64,000 nt of DNA from Candidatus Latescibacterota bacterium (GCA_965116875.1 OZ220733.1:2112001-2176000), one strand, 5' to 3'. Counted from the stretch's first letter, positions 49,507-59,700 are shown. A program made the numbers and translations. The notes: generated from the letters alone by a model not told the origin.

Positions 49507-49523
49507 TTGGCACGGTATTTGTT
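49507..49523 (+). promoter_or_regulatory. Sigma54-type -24/-12 promoter for pspA
   Basis: TTGGCACGGTATTTGTT (GT rather than GC at -12) with an AT-rich upstream region. pspA is sigma54-dependent in enterobacteria. Confidence 0.6.
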
Positions 49524-49595
49524 TTGTCTTCAGGCAACACGGAAGCGAACATCCCAGGGAGGAAATGCCACACCAGCTACCGAAAGGAGACCGGC

Positions 49596-50282
49596 ATGGC
49601 CGCAGGGACACTGTCGAGGATCGCGAATGTCATCCGGGCGGACGTGGACGATTTGCTGAACCGGATGGAAGACCCGGAAAAGATGTCGCGTCTGATGATG
49701 ACGGAAATGGAGAACGCCGTCAACGATGCCGTTGCCGCCGTGGCCGACTCCATAGCCGGCAAGCGACTGCTCGAACGCCGGGTGAAGGCACGGAGGGCGG
49801 ACGCCGATGCCTGGGACCGGACGGCCGAGCGGTCCGTTTCACGAGGCGACGACGACCTCGCCCGTCTGGCGCTGGAGCGAAAGGGCGAGATCGAGGCGGA
49901 GGCCGAAGAACTCGGTAGAGCGCTGGCCGAGGCAGAGAACGTGACCGCGCGGCTCGAGCGGCAATGCGCGCGTTTGAAGGTTCGTCTCAATGAGGCCAGG
50001 GCGCGTCAGAGGACCCTCGTCGCCAGAAGCCGCGCGGCAAGAGGATTCGATTCAGCCGCAGGGTACACAGTGCGGATTCACGAAGAGGCGTTCGAGCGTT
50101 TCGACGCACTCTGCAGGCGCGTAGACCACGAGGAAGCGGCTGCCGAGGTTTACGAGGAGCTCGCGGGCGACAATCCGGATGCGGACGAACGGCTGGAAGA
50201 GATGGCCCGGAAGGAACGCGTCGACGCGCAGTTGCGGGAGATGAAAAAGCGGTTAGAGGCAAGAGATGAGACCAAAAGATGA
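49596..50282 (+). CDS. pspA: PspA/IM30 family membrane-stress protein
   Basis: LSRIANVIRADVDDLLNRMEDPEKM, DDLARLALERK, long coiled coil. Confidence 0.9.
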   Translation: MAAGTLSRIANVIRADVDDLLNRMEDPEKMSRLMMTEMENAVNDAVAAVADSIAGKRLLERRVKARRADADAWDRTAERSVSRGDDDLARLALERKGEIEAEAEELGRALAEAENVTARLERQCARLKVRLNEARARQRTLVARSRAARGFDSAAGYTVRIHEEAFERFDALCRRVDHEEAAAEVYEELAGDNPDADERLEEMARKERVDAQLREMKKRLEARDETKR

Positions 50283-50473
50283 CCCGCCTCGTTGGGTTTC
50301 AATGTTCGCCGGAGGCATAGAGGGGAGCATCTCGGTTTCGAACCACTGGAACCAAACATTCCAGAAAACCGTTGGTACCGATGCTCGTTTTGAGTATTTT
50401 TGAGCATCGAATGCCGACGGTTTTCTTGTGCCTGCAAGTGAGTACATGACGTATGCGAATCAGGGAGACGGCA

Positions 50474-51286
50474 ATGTCTTTTGCTGAGAAAAAAAGCCCG
50501 GCAACCCCGGACGACGTGGCGTTTTACCGGGAAAACGGATTTATGGCATATCCCGGGTTCTTCTCAAGACACGAGGTTGCCGCGCTCCGGGATGCCATCG
50601 ACCGGGCTATCGAGACCAACAGGGAGCGGATTGTCGGCACGCCGGGCGGCGGCCGGAATTCCGAGGCGTACGAAAAGGTCTTCAACCAGATGGTGAACCT
50701 CTGGACGGATTTTCCGGACGTGAAAGCCTATGCGTTCAACCGCGCCATGGCCGAAACCGCGCGGCGCCTCTCGGAGTGCCGCCACGTGCGGATCTATCAC
50801 GACCACGCCATGGTCAAACCGGGCGGGGCCGGCAGCCGCGCAACCAACTGGCACCAGGATTTGCCCTACTGGCCCATGGACCCGGACGGCGCGCTTTCGG
50901 CTTGGGTGGCGGTGGACGACGTAACGGTCGAAAACGGGTGTCTTCACTTTGTCCCGGGCTCGCATAAGCTGGGTCCGCAGGAGCCGATCGCGCTGGGGGT
51001 GGCGGGTGAAAGCATCGTGGACAAGATGGCGGAGACGGGGCACACGGTGGCCGAACCCGTCGCGATGGAAATGGCTGCGGGCGGGGTGACCTTTCATCAC
51101 GGCTGCAATTTCCATCACGCAGGCCCCAACCTCACCGACAGGCCGCGGCGGGCGTTCGCCGTGATTTATATCCCCGACTACGTCCGCTTTACACGGGGCA
51201 AGGACGCGGCCGGCGCGGCGGATGAGATGACTCCGGGGGGTCCCTGGGAACATCCGCTTCATCCCATCCTTGCGGGTTCGGCGTAA
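50474..51286 (+). CDS. PhyH-family dioxygenase
   Basis: WHQDLPYWP, ENGCLHFVPGSH, FHHAGPN...RRA. Confidence 0.92.
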   Translation: MSFAEKKSPATPDDVAFYRENGFMAYPGFFSRHEVAALRDAIDRAIETNRERIVGTPGGGRNSEAYEKVFNQMVNLWTDFPDVKAYAFNRAMAETARRLSECRHVRIYHDHAMVKPGGAGSRATNWHQDLPYWPMDPDGALSAWVAVDDVTVENGCLHFVPGSHKLGPQEPIALGVAGESIVDKMAETGHTVAEPVAMEMAAGGVTFHHGCNFHHAGPNLTDRPRRAFAVIYIPDYVRFTRGKDAAGAADEMTPGGPWEHPLHPILAGSA

Positions 51287-51327
51287 TGTATACTCAGCCG
51301 ATTTAAGTACCTGAAAGGATATCCTCG

Positions 51328-52110
51328 ATGTTAACCGATGCGCAAACCTCCGAGTTTCACAAACGTGGGTTCCTCAACGGGGGCCTCCTGCTGGACGATG
51401 GGCAGGTCGAGACGCTGCGGCGTGAACTGGACCGGGTGATCAGGGACCGGGAGCGGACGGACGTTCCGCAGCCCGTTCACCTGCGGAACCTGAACCGGAA
51501 CCCGGAATCGCCCGTTTGGCAGATTGTCAATATCTGGGCAGCCAGCGACCCGTTTCGTGAACTCACAGGCATGCGAAGGGTCGTGGAGGCGGTGGCGCAA
51601 CTGACGGGAGCGGAACGGCTTCGCGTGTGGCACGATCAGATCCAATATAAGCCCGCGGAACGTGGCGGCGTCACCATGTGGCACCAGGATGCGCCGTTGT
51701 GGCCGATTCTTGCGCCGATGACGGAGGTGAGCGCGTGGGTGGCGCTGGACGACGTGGACGAGTCGAACGGATGTATGAGTATGGTCCCGGGGTCGCATCT
51801 GTGGGGGAACCAGATCGAATTCATACGGTCGGTCGAAAACTATGACGACATGCCCGGGGAGTGGAACGGAAACCGCGTGGAAATCGTCCGGTGCCCCGTG
51901 GAAAAAGGCGAGGTACACTACCACCACGCGCTGACCTGGCACGGATCGCACGCCAACACGAGCAACCGCCCCCGCCGCGCCATCGCCATCCACTATATGA
52001 CCCACGAGACGCGCTTCGTGGCCTCCGGACAGCACGTGATGAAACCCTTCGTCGAGGTCGAAGACGGGGCGTTGGTGGAAGGTGAACACTTCCCGCAGGT
52101 CTGGCCGTAG
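51328..52110 (+). CDS. PhyH-family dioxygenase
   Basis: WHQDAPLWP, NGCMSMVPGSH, WHGSHAN...RRAIAIHY. Confidence 0.92.
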   Translation: MLTDAQTSEFHKRGFLNGGLLLDDGQVETLRRELDRVIRDRERTDVPQPVHLRNLNRNPESPVWQIVNIWAASDPFRELTGMRRVVEAVAQLTGAERLRVWHDQIQYKPAERGGVTMWHQDAPLWPILAPMTEVSAWVALDDVDESNGCMSMVPGSHLWGNQIEFIRSVENYDDMPGEWNGNRVEIVRCPVEKGEVHYHHALTWHGSHANTSNRPRRAIAIHYMTHETRFVASGQHVMKPFVEVEDGALVEGEHFPQVWP

Positions 52111-52262
52111 ACAGGAAGCCTGTCACGGTTCCCGCGTTGCCCGCGTTTTGCCGTAGCGCGAAATGGCATTTCGCGCCGCCAGCCCGCAGCCGCACTATTG
52201 GCGAAACGCGTTTTGATAGGACAGTTTTCACGGATTCGTTAGATTAGACGGAGCAATAGAAA

Positions 52263-52299
52263 AAGCCCAACGGTTGCGCGACGCCGTTGGGCTTCTTTG
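52263..52299. terminator. Bidirectional intrinsic terminator
   Basis: AAGCCCAACGG/CCGTTGGGCTT hairpin flanked by A- and T-rich tracts, between convergent genes. Confidence 0.75.
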
Positions 52300-52383
52300 T
52301 GTCTCTTGATTGCTTTATCGGTTTTGCCACGATACAGGGCGAATCCCATTCCCCTGACTGGCTATTGCCGACGCGGAGTCTGA

Positions 52384-52773
52384 TCAGCCGTTCTGTCCCG
52401 GCCGAAAGGTTTTCAGGTCGAGTTCGTTGATTGCGCGGTAGTGTTTTCTGTTGGCCGTGCAGAGTGTCGTATGATGTTCGACGGCGGTGGCTGCGATCAG
52501 GGCATCCGCCAGGGAAAGCGCGGTCTTGAGGGAATATTCTTCCATATACACGGTTGCTCTGTGTCCGATGTTTTCCGTGAGGGGCAGAGTCTGAAAGGCG
52601 TAATCATTCAGGAAGTACTTGATTTCCCTCAATTCCTGCCTGTTCCGCGCACCCTGGACCAATTCCGCGTACGTTACAAGCGATATCTTGCGTTCATCGT
52701 GCCCTTCTACAAGTTGCGCTGCCCCTTCATGGCCCCTGAAGACCCAGATCAGTACATCCGTATCAAAGATCAT
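52384..52773 (-). CDS. vapC: VapC PIN-domain toxin
   Basis: IFDTDVLI, ELVQG, DALIAATA, TANRKHY. Confidence 0.93.
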   Translation of the reverse strand: MIFDTDVLIWVFRGHEGAAQLVEGHDERKISLVTYAELVQGARNRQELREIKYFLNDYAFQTLPLTENIGHRATVYMEEYSLKTALSLADALIAATAVEHHTTLCTANRKHYRAINELDLKTFRPGQNG

Positions 52774-53008
52774 CCAGCCGGCCTTTTCTCAGATTACGAA
52801 CGGTTGCGTCAACGTCCGCCATATCTTTCCTGTCTCGCCACATCCCAAAGGCTGAATGATCCTCTACTGGCTTTTTCGTGCGCTTCAGGCTGGGCAAGAG
52901 GATCGCCTTCTCCTTGCCTCGATAGTAGATGGTGACGGACTCGCTGCGATCGAGCGCGAGCAAGACGTCTTTCATGCGTCGTCTCAAGTCGAGAATGGTT
53001 GCCTTCAT
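52763..53008 (-). CDS. Phd/YefM-type antitoxin
   Basis: MKATILDLRRRMKDVL...VTIYYRGK...FGMWRDR; overlaps vapC. Confidence 0.85.
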   Translation of the reverse strand: MKATILDLRRRMKDVLLALDRSESVTIYYRGKEKAILLPSLKRTKKPVEDHSAFGMWRDRKDMADVDATVRNLRKGRLDDL

Positions 53009-53023
53009 AATGCCTCCTTAAAG

Positions 53024-53061
53024 TGCACACTTAATATGTGCAATTAAGGAATGAATGTCAA
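53024..53061 (-). promoter_or_regulatory. TA-operon promoter with an overlapping inverted-repeat operator
   Basis: TTGACA-17-CATATT on the minus strand. TGCACA-N7-TGTGCA spans the -10. Confidence 0.65.
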
Positions 53062-53165
53062 GCCGGAAATAAGATCGTGGAACGGCGTAGATTATGGCTG
53101 GATGGTATCGAATCCTCGAGGCTTCAATCCTGGTTGACCTGTCCATCCATGTAAGCTGATTCGGT

Positions 53166-54068
53166 TCAGACGCCGTAGTAGGCTTCGACGGGGATGCCGG
53201 GCAGGATTTCGCGCGTGGTTCGGGCGATGCGGTCGACTTCGGCGTCGCTCAGGGCGGTGACGTACCGTTCGGCGGGCTTTCTCGCGACGGTGTAGATCTG
53301 GATGTTCTTGAGCTGCCCACCCTGTTCCAGGACGTCGGACAGGACGCGGCAGAAAGCGAGGATTTCGTTATCGGGAGGCGGCTGGCCGTGAATGCGCATG
53401 AACAGGCTCTGGATCACCAGGGGCCATCTTCGCGCGGCCAGTTTCAGGTTGTCTACGATCCGTTCGAAGGAGATGCGGGTACGTTCCACGAGATGGTAAT
53501 ACTCGGCCGTGCCCGCTTCCAGCTTCGCCCAGATTTCGCCGTTGTTCCTGTGCATGACTTCAAACGCATCCAGAACCGCCGGGACGTGAAAGCGGGTGCA
53601 ATTGGTGATGGCGGTAATTTTGACCTCCGGCAGGTCGAATGCGCGTTTGACGTCCGCGGTCTTCTTGACGATTTCCCGAAACCGCGGATAGGTAGTGGGC
53701 TCGCCGTCGCCGGAGAATGCAATATCGTTGATCCGCTTCAGGTTGTCCGGAATATCCAAGAAGGCGGGGTGCTGAGAGAGTCTGCCGGAAAGCGTGTCGT
53801 CAAGCAGGGCGGTGAGTTCCTGGATGATCCGGTCTTCATCCACCTTGCGCAGCACGGGCGGAACCGTGCGGTCCACCTGGCAGTAGATGCAGTCGAAGTT
53901 GCAGATCTTGTCCGGGTTCAGATTGATGCCGACGGAGATGCCGCCGGAGCGGCGCGAGAGTACGGGATAGACGTACCTGTTATCCTCGAACAGCCTGGGG
54001 TGAGAGGTGACGGCCCGGCGCACGGCCGTCTCGCCGGATGGCTTCGACATTGTTTCATTCTCGTCCAT
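53166..54068 (-). CDS. Radical SAM protein of unknown function
   Basis: YPVLSRRSGGISVGINL, CNFDCIYC, FSGDGEPT. Confidence 0.9.
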   Translation of the reverse strand: MDENETMSKPSGETAVRRAVTSHPRLFEDNRYVYPVLSRRSGGISVGINLNPDKICNFDCIYCQVDRTVPPVLRKVDEDRIIQELTALLDDTLSGRLSQHPAFLDIPDNLKRINDIAFSGDGEPTTYPRFREIVKKTADVKRAFDLPEVKITAITNCTRFHVPAVLDAFEVMHRNNGEIWAKLEAGTAEYYHLVERTRISFERIVDNLKLAARRWPLVIQSLFMRIHGQPPPDNEILAFCRVLSDVLEQGGQLKNIQIYTVARKPAERYVTALSDAEVDRIARTTREILPGIPVEAYYGV

Positions 54069-54407
54069 AAGGATTGCGCATCCTCGCTCTTTTCATCAAC
54101 GGCGTTCCTGAAAGGGGCGTGCCCTTCAGAAGTACTCTAATATACCAAAAATGGCCGGCTTGCGCACATTTCAAACGGTTTTCGCCGGGATTGCCCGCGG
54201 CGCCGTTTTCCGCTTGTGTCCCGCGGCGAAAAACGATACCTTGTAGGCCGGTGGAATGGAGAGGTAAGTCGGGAGACCCGGGCGACCACAAGTGTCTGCC
54301 CTGCAACTGTAATAATAGAGCGCGGACGTCGATTTAAGGTATCATCGCCTTTGCGCCTTTTGCTGATGGCTGACGGCTGAGTGCTGACAGCTTCTTTGAG
54401 GGTTCAA

Positions 54408-54920
54408 ATGTCCACATTCATCGGCAACTTGCCGGAGCGTAAGAAGGTCTGCAAGGTTACGTTCACGAACTGGGACAAAACGGTCGAGTGCAAACCGCAC
54501 ACCAACCTGCGGCAATTGGCAATCGATCACGATATCGGGCTGTACAACGGGATCACCCGTTTCGTAAATTGCGAAGGCAATGGATTGTGCGGTACCTGCA
54601 CGGTCGAAGTCGTCCCACAGGACGGGCTTACCGTGAAGGGCGCCCGGGAGAATCTGCGCTTTCTGCTGCTGAAGGGGAATCTGCGCCTGGCCTGCCAGGT
54701 GGAGGTTACCGGAGATATACAGGTTACCAAGCACGCCGGTTTCAAGGGAAACAAGGGATACGTGCCGGGAATCGACCGGACGGAGGTGGTGCGTCTCTAT
54801 CGGGACGAAGGCAAAACCGTAACGGAAATTGCAGAGCGGATGCTGTGTTCGGAGGCCCGGGTGGTCACTCTGCTCGAACAAGGGCGCGTCGAGTTGCGAC
54901 GTCCGGGTTCGGCAGCGTAG
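54408..54920 (+). CDS. 2Fe-2S ferredoxin fused to a C-terminal helix-turn-helix
   Basis: NCEGNGLCGTC...RLACQ, then VVRLYRDEGKTVTEIAERMLCSEARVVTLL. Confidence 0.85.
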   Translation: MSTFIGNLPERKKVCKVTFTNWDKTVECKPHTNLRQLAIDHDIGLYNGITRFVNCEGNGLCGTCTVEVVPQDGLTVKGARENLRFLLLKGNLRLACQVEVTGDIQVTKHAGFKGNKGYVPGIDRTEVVRLYRDEGKTVTEIAERMLCSEARVVTLLEQGRVELRRPGSAA

Positions 54921-55076
54921 GCAAAGTAGCGTTGAGGGGATCGGAATGTTCATGGGCGACGAAAAGTCGCTTTTTTTATTGTCTAACTGAATCCAAAAAG
55001 CGAAATTTCACATCGATACACAGGATGGACAGGTTGAAACCCGATTGGCGTTTCATCCTTATTGAAATCAGACGTT

Positions 55077-58000
55077 ATGATCTGCCGCCCTCTCCAATCC
55101 GCCACACGCACGCTGTCCCTCGTCGTATTGACGGTCGGCCTGGCGTACTTCCCGGCAGGCGCCCAATCCCAGGCCACAACAGGTGTAATCCGGGGCTTCG
55201 TGTGCGATCAGTTCAACAATCCAATCGTAGGCGCCACTGTCATCCTCAGAGAAGCCGGTACCAACTACCGGAGAGTACTGGCGTCGTCCGAAGCCGGTTT
55301 GTTCACAGCCACCCTGCTGCCTCTCGGGTTCTACGACGTGACGATACGCGCGGAGGGATGGGCCGAAGCCCGTCAGACCGGCGTGCAGGTCCGGGTTGGA
55401 GAGACCGTTGAACTGACGATCAGGATGATCATTGAAATGGAAGAGTTCGTCGTTGTGGCCAGAAGGCCGGCCGTAGACGTCACCCGCACAGAGACGGCCA
55501 CGCGCCTGCCGGAAGAAGCTGTACAGGACCTGCCCAACAACGGCCGCAATTTTCTCAATCTCACACTCCTGACCCCCGGCGTGAGCATCGTCCAGGGTCC
55601 GGACGGAGACGAACTGACCATTGGCGGCCAACGCGGCATCCACAACAACATCTCGGTGGACGGCGCTGACTTCAACAACCCGTTTTTCGGAGAGCAGCGT
55701 GGGGGTCAGCGTCCGGCCTTCACCTTCAATCTGGACGCCGTTGCGGAAATCGTCGTCGTGCCCCAGGGCGCGAACGCGGAATTCGGACGCTCCAGCGGGG
55801 GATTCGTCAACGTCATCACCAAATCGGGCACGAACACGCTGAGCGGATCGGCGCATTTCTTCGGCAAACACGACGCACTCTCCGAAATCGCCAGGCACAA
55901 CGGCACCGAACGCAAGCCGCGTTTCAAGCAGGGGCAATTCGGCTTCACGCTCGGTGGTCCTCTGAAGCGGGACAAGGCGTTCTTCTTCGCCGCGTACGAC
56001 CAGCAGGTGTTGAGGGACACACGGCAGAGCGACGCGGAACGCATGGACCCCCGTTTGCGTGACTTTATGGACACGGGGTTCGAAGGGGTGTTGAAGGGCG
56101 ACTACGGCCCGATCGACCGGACCAACGACGCCCGCGCCTTTCTTGCCAAGGTGGATCTCCGCCTCTCGAAAGAACACACCGCCACCTTCAAATACAACTA
56201 CACGTGGTCCGTGCAGGAAAACGGCACTTTCGACGTGGACTCCTGGGCACGCAGCGCCAACGCGATTGAGAAAGACTGGTCGCACGCGTTCAACGGCAGT
56301 CTGGTTTCGCTTCTCTCTCCGAACACCATCAACGAATTCCGGTTCCAGATCTCCCGCGAGGACCGTCCGCGTCCCTACGAAGGTCCAATAAACCCCTATA
56401 CCGGGCGCCCCTTCCCCGATACCGGCATGGACTTCGAGCACGGCTATCGCTTCGGGATGCCATTCTTCATCCCGGTGGAGTACTACGACACCCGCATCCA
56501 GCTGCTCAACAATATCTCCTTTGCCAGGGGTGGCCACCTGTTCAAAGCAGGCGTCGAGTGGAACCGGGTCGAATCCGTTCAGACCTTTATCGGTTTCGCC
56601 AATGGTCGGTACATCTTTGACTCGGTGGACGGGTTTCTCAACTTCGTAGAAAAGGGCAATCGCTACCTCGAATGCTCCGACGGCAGTTTCAGCATCCAGG
56701 GCGCATGTCCCGAAGGCGCACGAATCACGGGACCGATCCTGTTCTATCTGGAGCAGGCCGGCGTGGGCGGGCTGTCCGTGGAGGAGGCGGGCACACAGCA
56801 TATTCCGCAGCACGAACTGGCGCTGTTCGTGCAGGACAGTTGGCAGGCCTCCAGCAGACTGACGGTCAACTACGGACTGCGCTGGGAGGCGCAGGTCCAG
56901 CCGGATCCGATTACCGATCCTTCCCGTGTCTTCTTCGCCGATTTCATTGGCAAGACGGTGACCAATGACGAGGGCGCCCACAGGTTCCCGTCCAACGGCA
57001 GGATTCCCTCCGACCTCGACATGGTCCAGCCGCGGATCGGTCTGGCCTTTGACGCGCACGGTGACAACCGGACGCTCCTGCGCGCCAGCGCAGGGATCTA
57101 CTACGCCCGCATACCGGGACTGAATCTGGCCAGCACCCGCTCCACGAACGGTTCGCGAGGCCAATCTCTTTTCCGGTCCAGCGAGTTGACGCCGGTCTTG
57201 GGGCCGCCTCCCACGTTCGGTGAGTTGCTGCCATCGCCCGTGGGCGGACCCTTTCAACCCAACATATACGTCTTCGATGAGCGCTTCGAAAACCCGCGGA
57301 CCATCAGCCTCAACGCCGGTATCGAACATGAGTTTCAAACGACGGAGCTTGTGGGTTCCATCGATTATACCTACGCCCGTACCGACAATCTCACGCGATT
57401 CGTCAACCGCAACGACGCAGCGTTTGGTTCGCCATGGTCAACCGGTCTGGGGCCGGAGGGAGACAACGGTATCGGCGACCTTACCGTCGTGGAGAGTACG
57501 GCGCGGTCGCGATATCACGGCATCAGTCTCGGGCTGCGGCAGATGGTGAACAAGAACCTGCAGTTCCAGGCGAACTACACGATGTCCTGGGACAGGTCCG
57601 ACGACGACAACGAACGGGACCCGTTCACGTTCCGCTATGTCGACCCCACCCGGCTGGATGGGGAATGGGGCTGGTCCGACCGCGACCAGCGCCACCGTTT
57701 CAATGCATGGGCGCTGGCCGTGCTGCCCGTCGACGTCTATATGAACAATCGCGTGAGCTATTATTCACCGCAACCGGTCTCAGCGTCCTGCGGCGGCAAC
57801 AACCGGGCGACGTCGAAGCATTCGACAAACCCGTGGGGGCCCACGTCCGACCGCATCTGCGCCAACGGCAGCATCGTACCCCGCAACACGCTGCGCAAGG
57901 AACACGGGTTCTTCTCGTGGGACGTGCGCCTCACCCGCCCCTTTGCCATGGGTCACGGCACCCTGGAGGCTATCGTGGAGATCTTCAACCTCCTCAACAC

Positions 58001-58115
58001 GGACAACTACCGCGACCCCTCCACCGCCGGCCTGCTGTTCAACTTCGACGGCACGGTCCAGTCCGGCCTCGGCGATCCCCGCGAAGTCCAGATCGGGATG
58101 CGGTACGTGTTTTAG
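55077..58115 (+). CDS. Oar-like TonB-dependent receptor with a carboxypeptidase-regulatory-like N-terminal domain
   Basis: LPNNGRNFLNL, AEFGRSSGGFVNVITKSG, QFGFTLGGP, LTVNYGLRWE, C-terminal QIGMRYVF. Confidence 0.93.
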   Translation: MICRPLQSATRTLSLVVLTVGLAYFPAGAQSQATTGVIRGFVCDQFNNPIVGATVILREAGTNYRRVLASSEAGLFTATLLPLGFYDVTIRAEGWAEARQTGVQVRVGETVELTIRMIIEMEEFVVVARRPAVDVTRTETATRLPEEAVQDLPNNGRNFLNLTLLTPGVSIVQGPDGDELTIGGQRGIHNNISVDGADFNNPFFGEQRGGQRPAFTFNLDAVAEIVVVPQGANAEFGRSSGGFVNVITKSGTNTLSGSAHFFGKHDALSEIARHNGTERKPRFKQGQFGFTLGGPLKRDKAFFFAAYDQQVLRDTRQSDAERMDPRLRDFMDTGFEGVLKGDYGPIDRTNDARAFLAKVDLRLSKEHTATFKYNYTWSVQENGTFDVDSWARSANAIEKDWSHAFNGSLVSLLSPNTINEFRFQISREDRPRPYEGPINPYTGRPFPDTGMDFEHGYRFGMPFFIPVEYYDTRIQLLNNISFARGGHLFKAGVEWNRVESVQTFIGFANGRYIFDSVDGFLNFVEKGNRYLECSDGSFSIQGACPEGARITGPILFYLEQAGVGGLSVEEAGTQHIPQHELALFVQDSWQASSRLTVNYGLRWEAQVQPDPITDPSRVFFADFIGKTVTNDEGAHRFPSNGRIPSDLDMVQPRIGLAFDAHGDNRTLLRASAGIYYARIPGLNLASTRSTNGSRGQSLFRSSELTPVLGPPPTFGELLPSPVGGPFQPNIYVFDERFENPRTISLNAGIEHEFQTTELVGSIDYTYARTDNLTRFVNRNDAAFGSPWSTGLGPEGDNGIGDLTVVESTARSRYHGISLGLRQMVNKNLQFQANYTMSWDRSDDDNERDPFTFRYVDPTRLDGEWGWSDRDQRHRFNAWALAVLPVDVYMNNRVSYYSPQPVSASCGGNNRATSKHSTNPWGPTSDRICANGSIVPRNTLRKEHGFFSWDVRLTRPFAMGHGTLEAIVEIFNLLNTDNYRDPSTAGLLFNFDGTVQSGLGDPREVQIGMRYVF

Positions 58116-58142
58116 TCCTGTCTATTCAGATATCCAAACTTA

Positions 58143-58343
58143 CATGGATGAACAGGATGGACAGTATTGTAAACCAGGAGCAGGATTAAGCAGGATGAGA
58201 ACCCCAGGTGCAAGATCAACACCAATCAGGATGAACAGGATGAGAAGCCGAAAGGAGGATCAGGTCCGAGCAGAATCAGGTACCAGAAAGCAGGATCAAA
58301 TTCGGCCAGGATGAACGGGATTGGAAGCCAGGAGCAGGACAAG
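58143..58343 (+). repeat. Degenerate CAGGATGAA-type repeat tract
   Basis: About ten CAGGA(T/G/C) units. A similar short tract lies at about 55018-55062. Confidence 0.7.
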
Positions 58344-58599
58344 TGCTTATTGAACAGGTCCAACTCGATGAATTCTTACTTCCCGAGACCACGCGACACC
58401 AGACTGACAATTCAGTTTCCGCATTTCTTCAGATGATGTCGTACAGGACTTCCCTGAATTTATCGAAATCAACCTGTTATACAACAAAACCACTGGTCAT
58501 CGAGGGAGAATTACCGCAGGCGCATACAATGTGAGTAGATGCCCGAATCTTTGAAAATGCACGACGTGTCGATAGCCTGATTTGGAGGGGAAGAACACC

Positions 58600-59700
58600 A
58601 TGACAACGCTGAAGAACGTGGAGATCAAGGGATTCCGGTCGATCAAGGAAATGGAATTGGAACTCAAACCGCTCAATGTCCTCATTGGCGCCAATGGTGT
58701 CGGCAAGAGCAATCTCATCGCCTTTTTCAAGCTGGTGAATGAACTGATGGGAGGACGCCTTCAGCAACATATCGGTGCGACGGGTCGGGCCGCGGGAAAT
58801 CTGCATTTTGGCTCCGGAGTGACCCCGCAGCTGGAAGCGAGAATGGTATTCGAGGTGGAGAACGGAATGGACACCTATCATATGAGACTCTTCCACGCCG
58901 CGGGCGATTCTCTCATATTCGCGGAAGAAACAGTTGCGTTCCATCAGGAAGGTTATCCGAGCCCCAAGACAGTGGAGCTGGGCGTTGGCCATCTGGAAAC
59001 GAAGATTGGAGAATTGGCGGAACGGGGGGAACCCACGGCGAGAACGCTCAGGGCATTGTTGAATCGTTGCCGCGTCTATCACTTCCACGATACATCGCCG
59101 ACTTCGAGAGTGCGCCAATACGGTTTCATCGGAGACAACCGCTGGCTCAAGCCCGACGCGGGCAACCTCGCGGCGATGCTCTACGCGCTCAAGTCCACCA
59201 GCGAAACCGATTACGTGCGCATTGTCACCACGATCCGTCAGGTGGCGCCGTTCTTCGATGACTTCGACCTGGAGCCCGCGGATACGAGAGACATCCTCCT
59301 CAACTGGCGACATCGCGAGTCCGATCTCGTCTTCGGCCCGCACCAGCTTTCGGACGGCACCTTGCGCGCCATCTGTCTGATTACGCTCTTGTCGCAGCCT
59401 GCAGAGAAACTGCCGACCCTGATTGTGGTGGACGAACCGGAACTTGGACTGGATCCCTGCGCGGTGGACGTGATCGCCTCCCTGTTTCGTTCCGTAAGCC
59501 AGCATGCCCAGGTGCTGGTGAGCACGCAGTCCAGCGCGTTCGTCGACAGCTTCGAAACGGACGATATCGTGGTCGTGCAGCGTGATCAGGAAGCGACAGC
59601 GTTTGAGAGACCCCAGGCCGAAGAGCTCGACTCGTGGGTTGAGGAATACGCGCTTGGGCAAATCTGGCAAAAGGACGGCGCCGAGGAAGAGACGGTTTGA
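58600..59700 (+). CDS. AAA_21/ABC-type predicted ATPase (COG4637-like)
   Basis: IKGFRSI, GANGVGKSN, YHFHDT, LSDGT, VDEPELGL, STQS. Confidence 0.9.
   Translation: MTTLKNVEIKGFRSIKEMELELKPLNVLIGANGVGKSNLIAFFKLVNELMGGRLQQHIGATGRAAGNLHFGSGVTPQLEARMVFEVENGMDTYHMRLFHAAGDSLIFAEETVAFHQEGYPSPKTVELGVGHLETKIGELAERGEPTARTLRALLNRCRVYHFHDTSPTSRVRQYGFIGDNRWLKPDAGNLAAMLYALKSTSETDYVRIVTTIRQVAPFFDDFDLEPADTRDILLNWRHRESDLVFGPHQLSDGTLRAICLITLLSQPAEKLPTLIVVDEPELGLDPCAVDVIASLFRSVSQHAQVLVSTQSSAFVDSFETDDIVVVQRDQEATAFERPQAEELDSWVEEYALGQIWQKDGAEEETV

Noticed and set aside
54240-54320. Canonical cobalamin riboswitch as a feature
   Set aside because: The motif order is wrong and core helices are missing. Kept only as a speculative finding.
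55068-57338. 756-aa minus-strand ORF (similarly 8032-9513, 39952-41442 and 58477-59784)
   Set aside because: Antisense shadows of well-supported genes.
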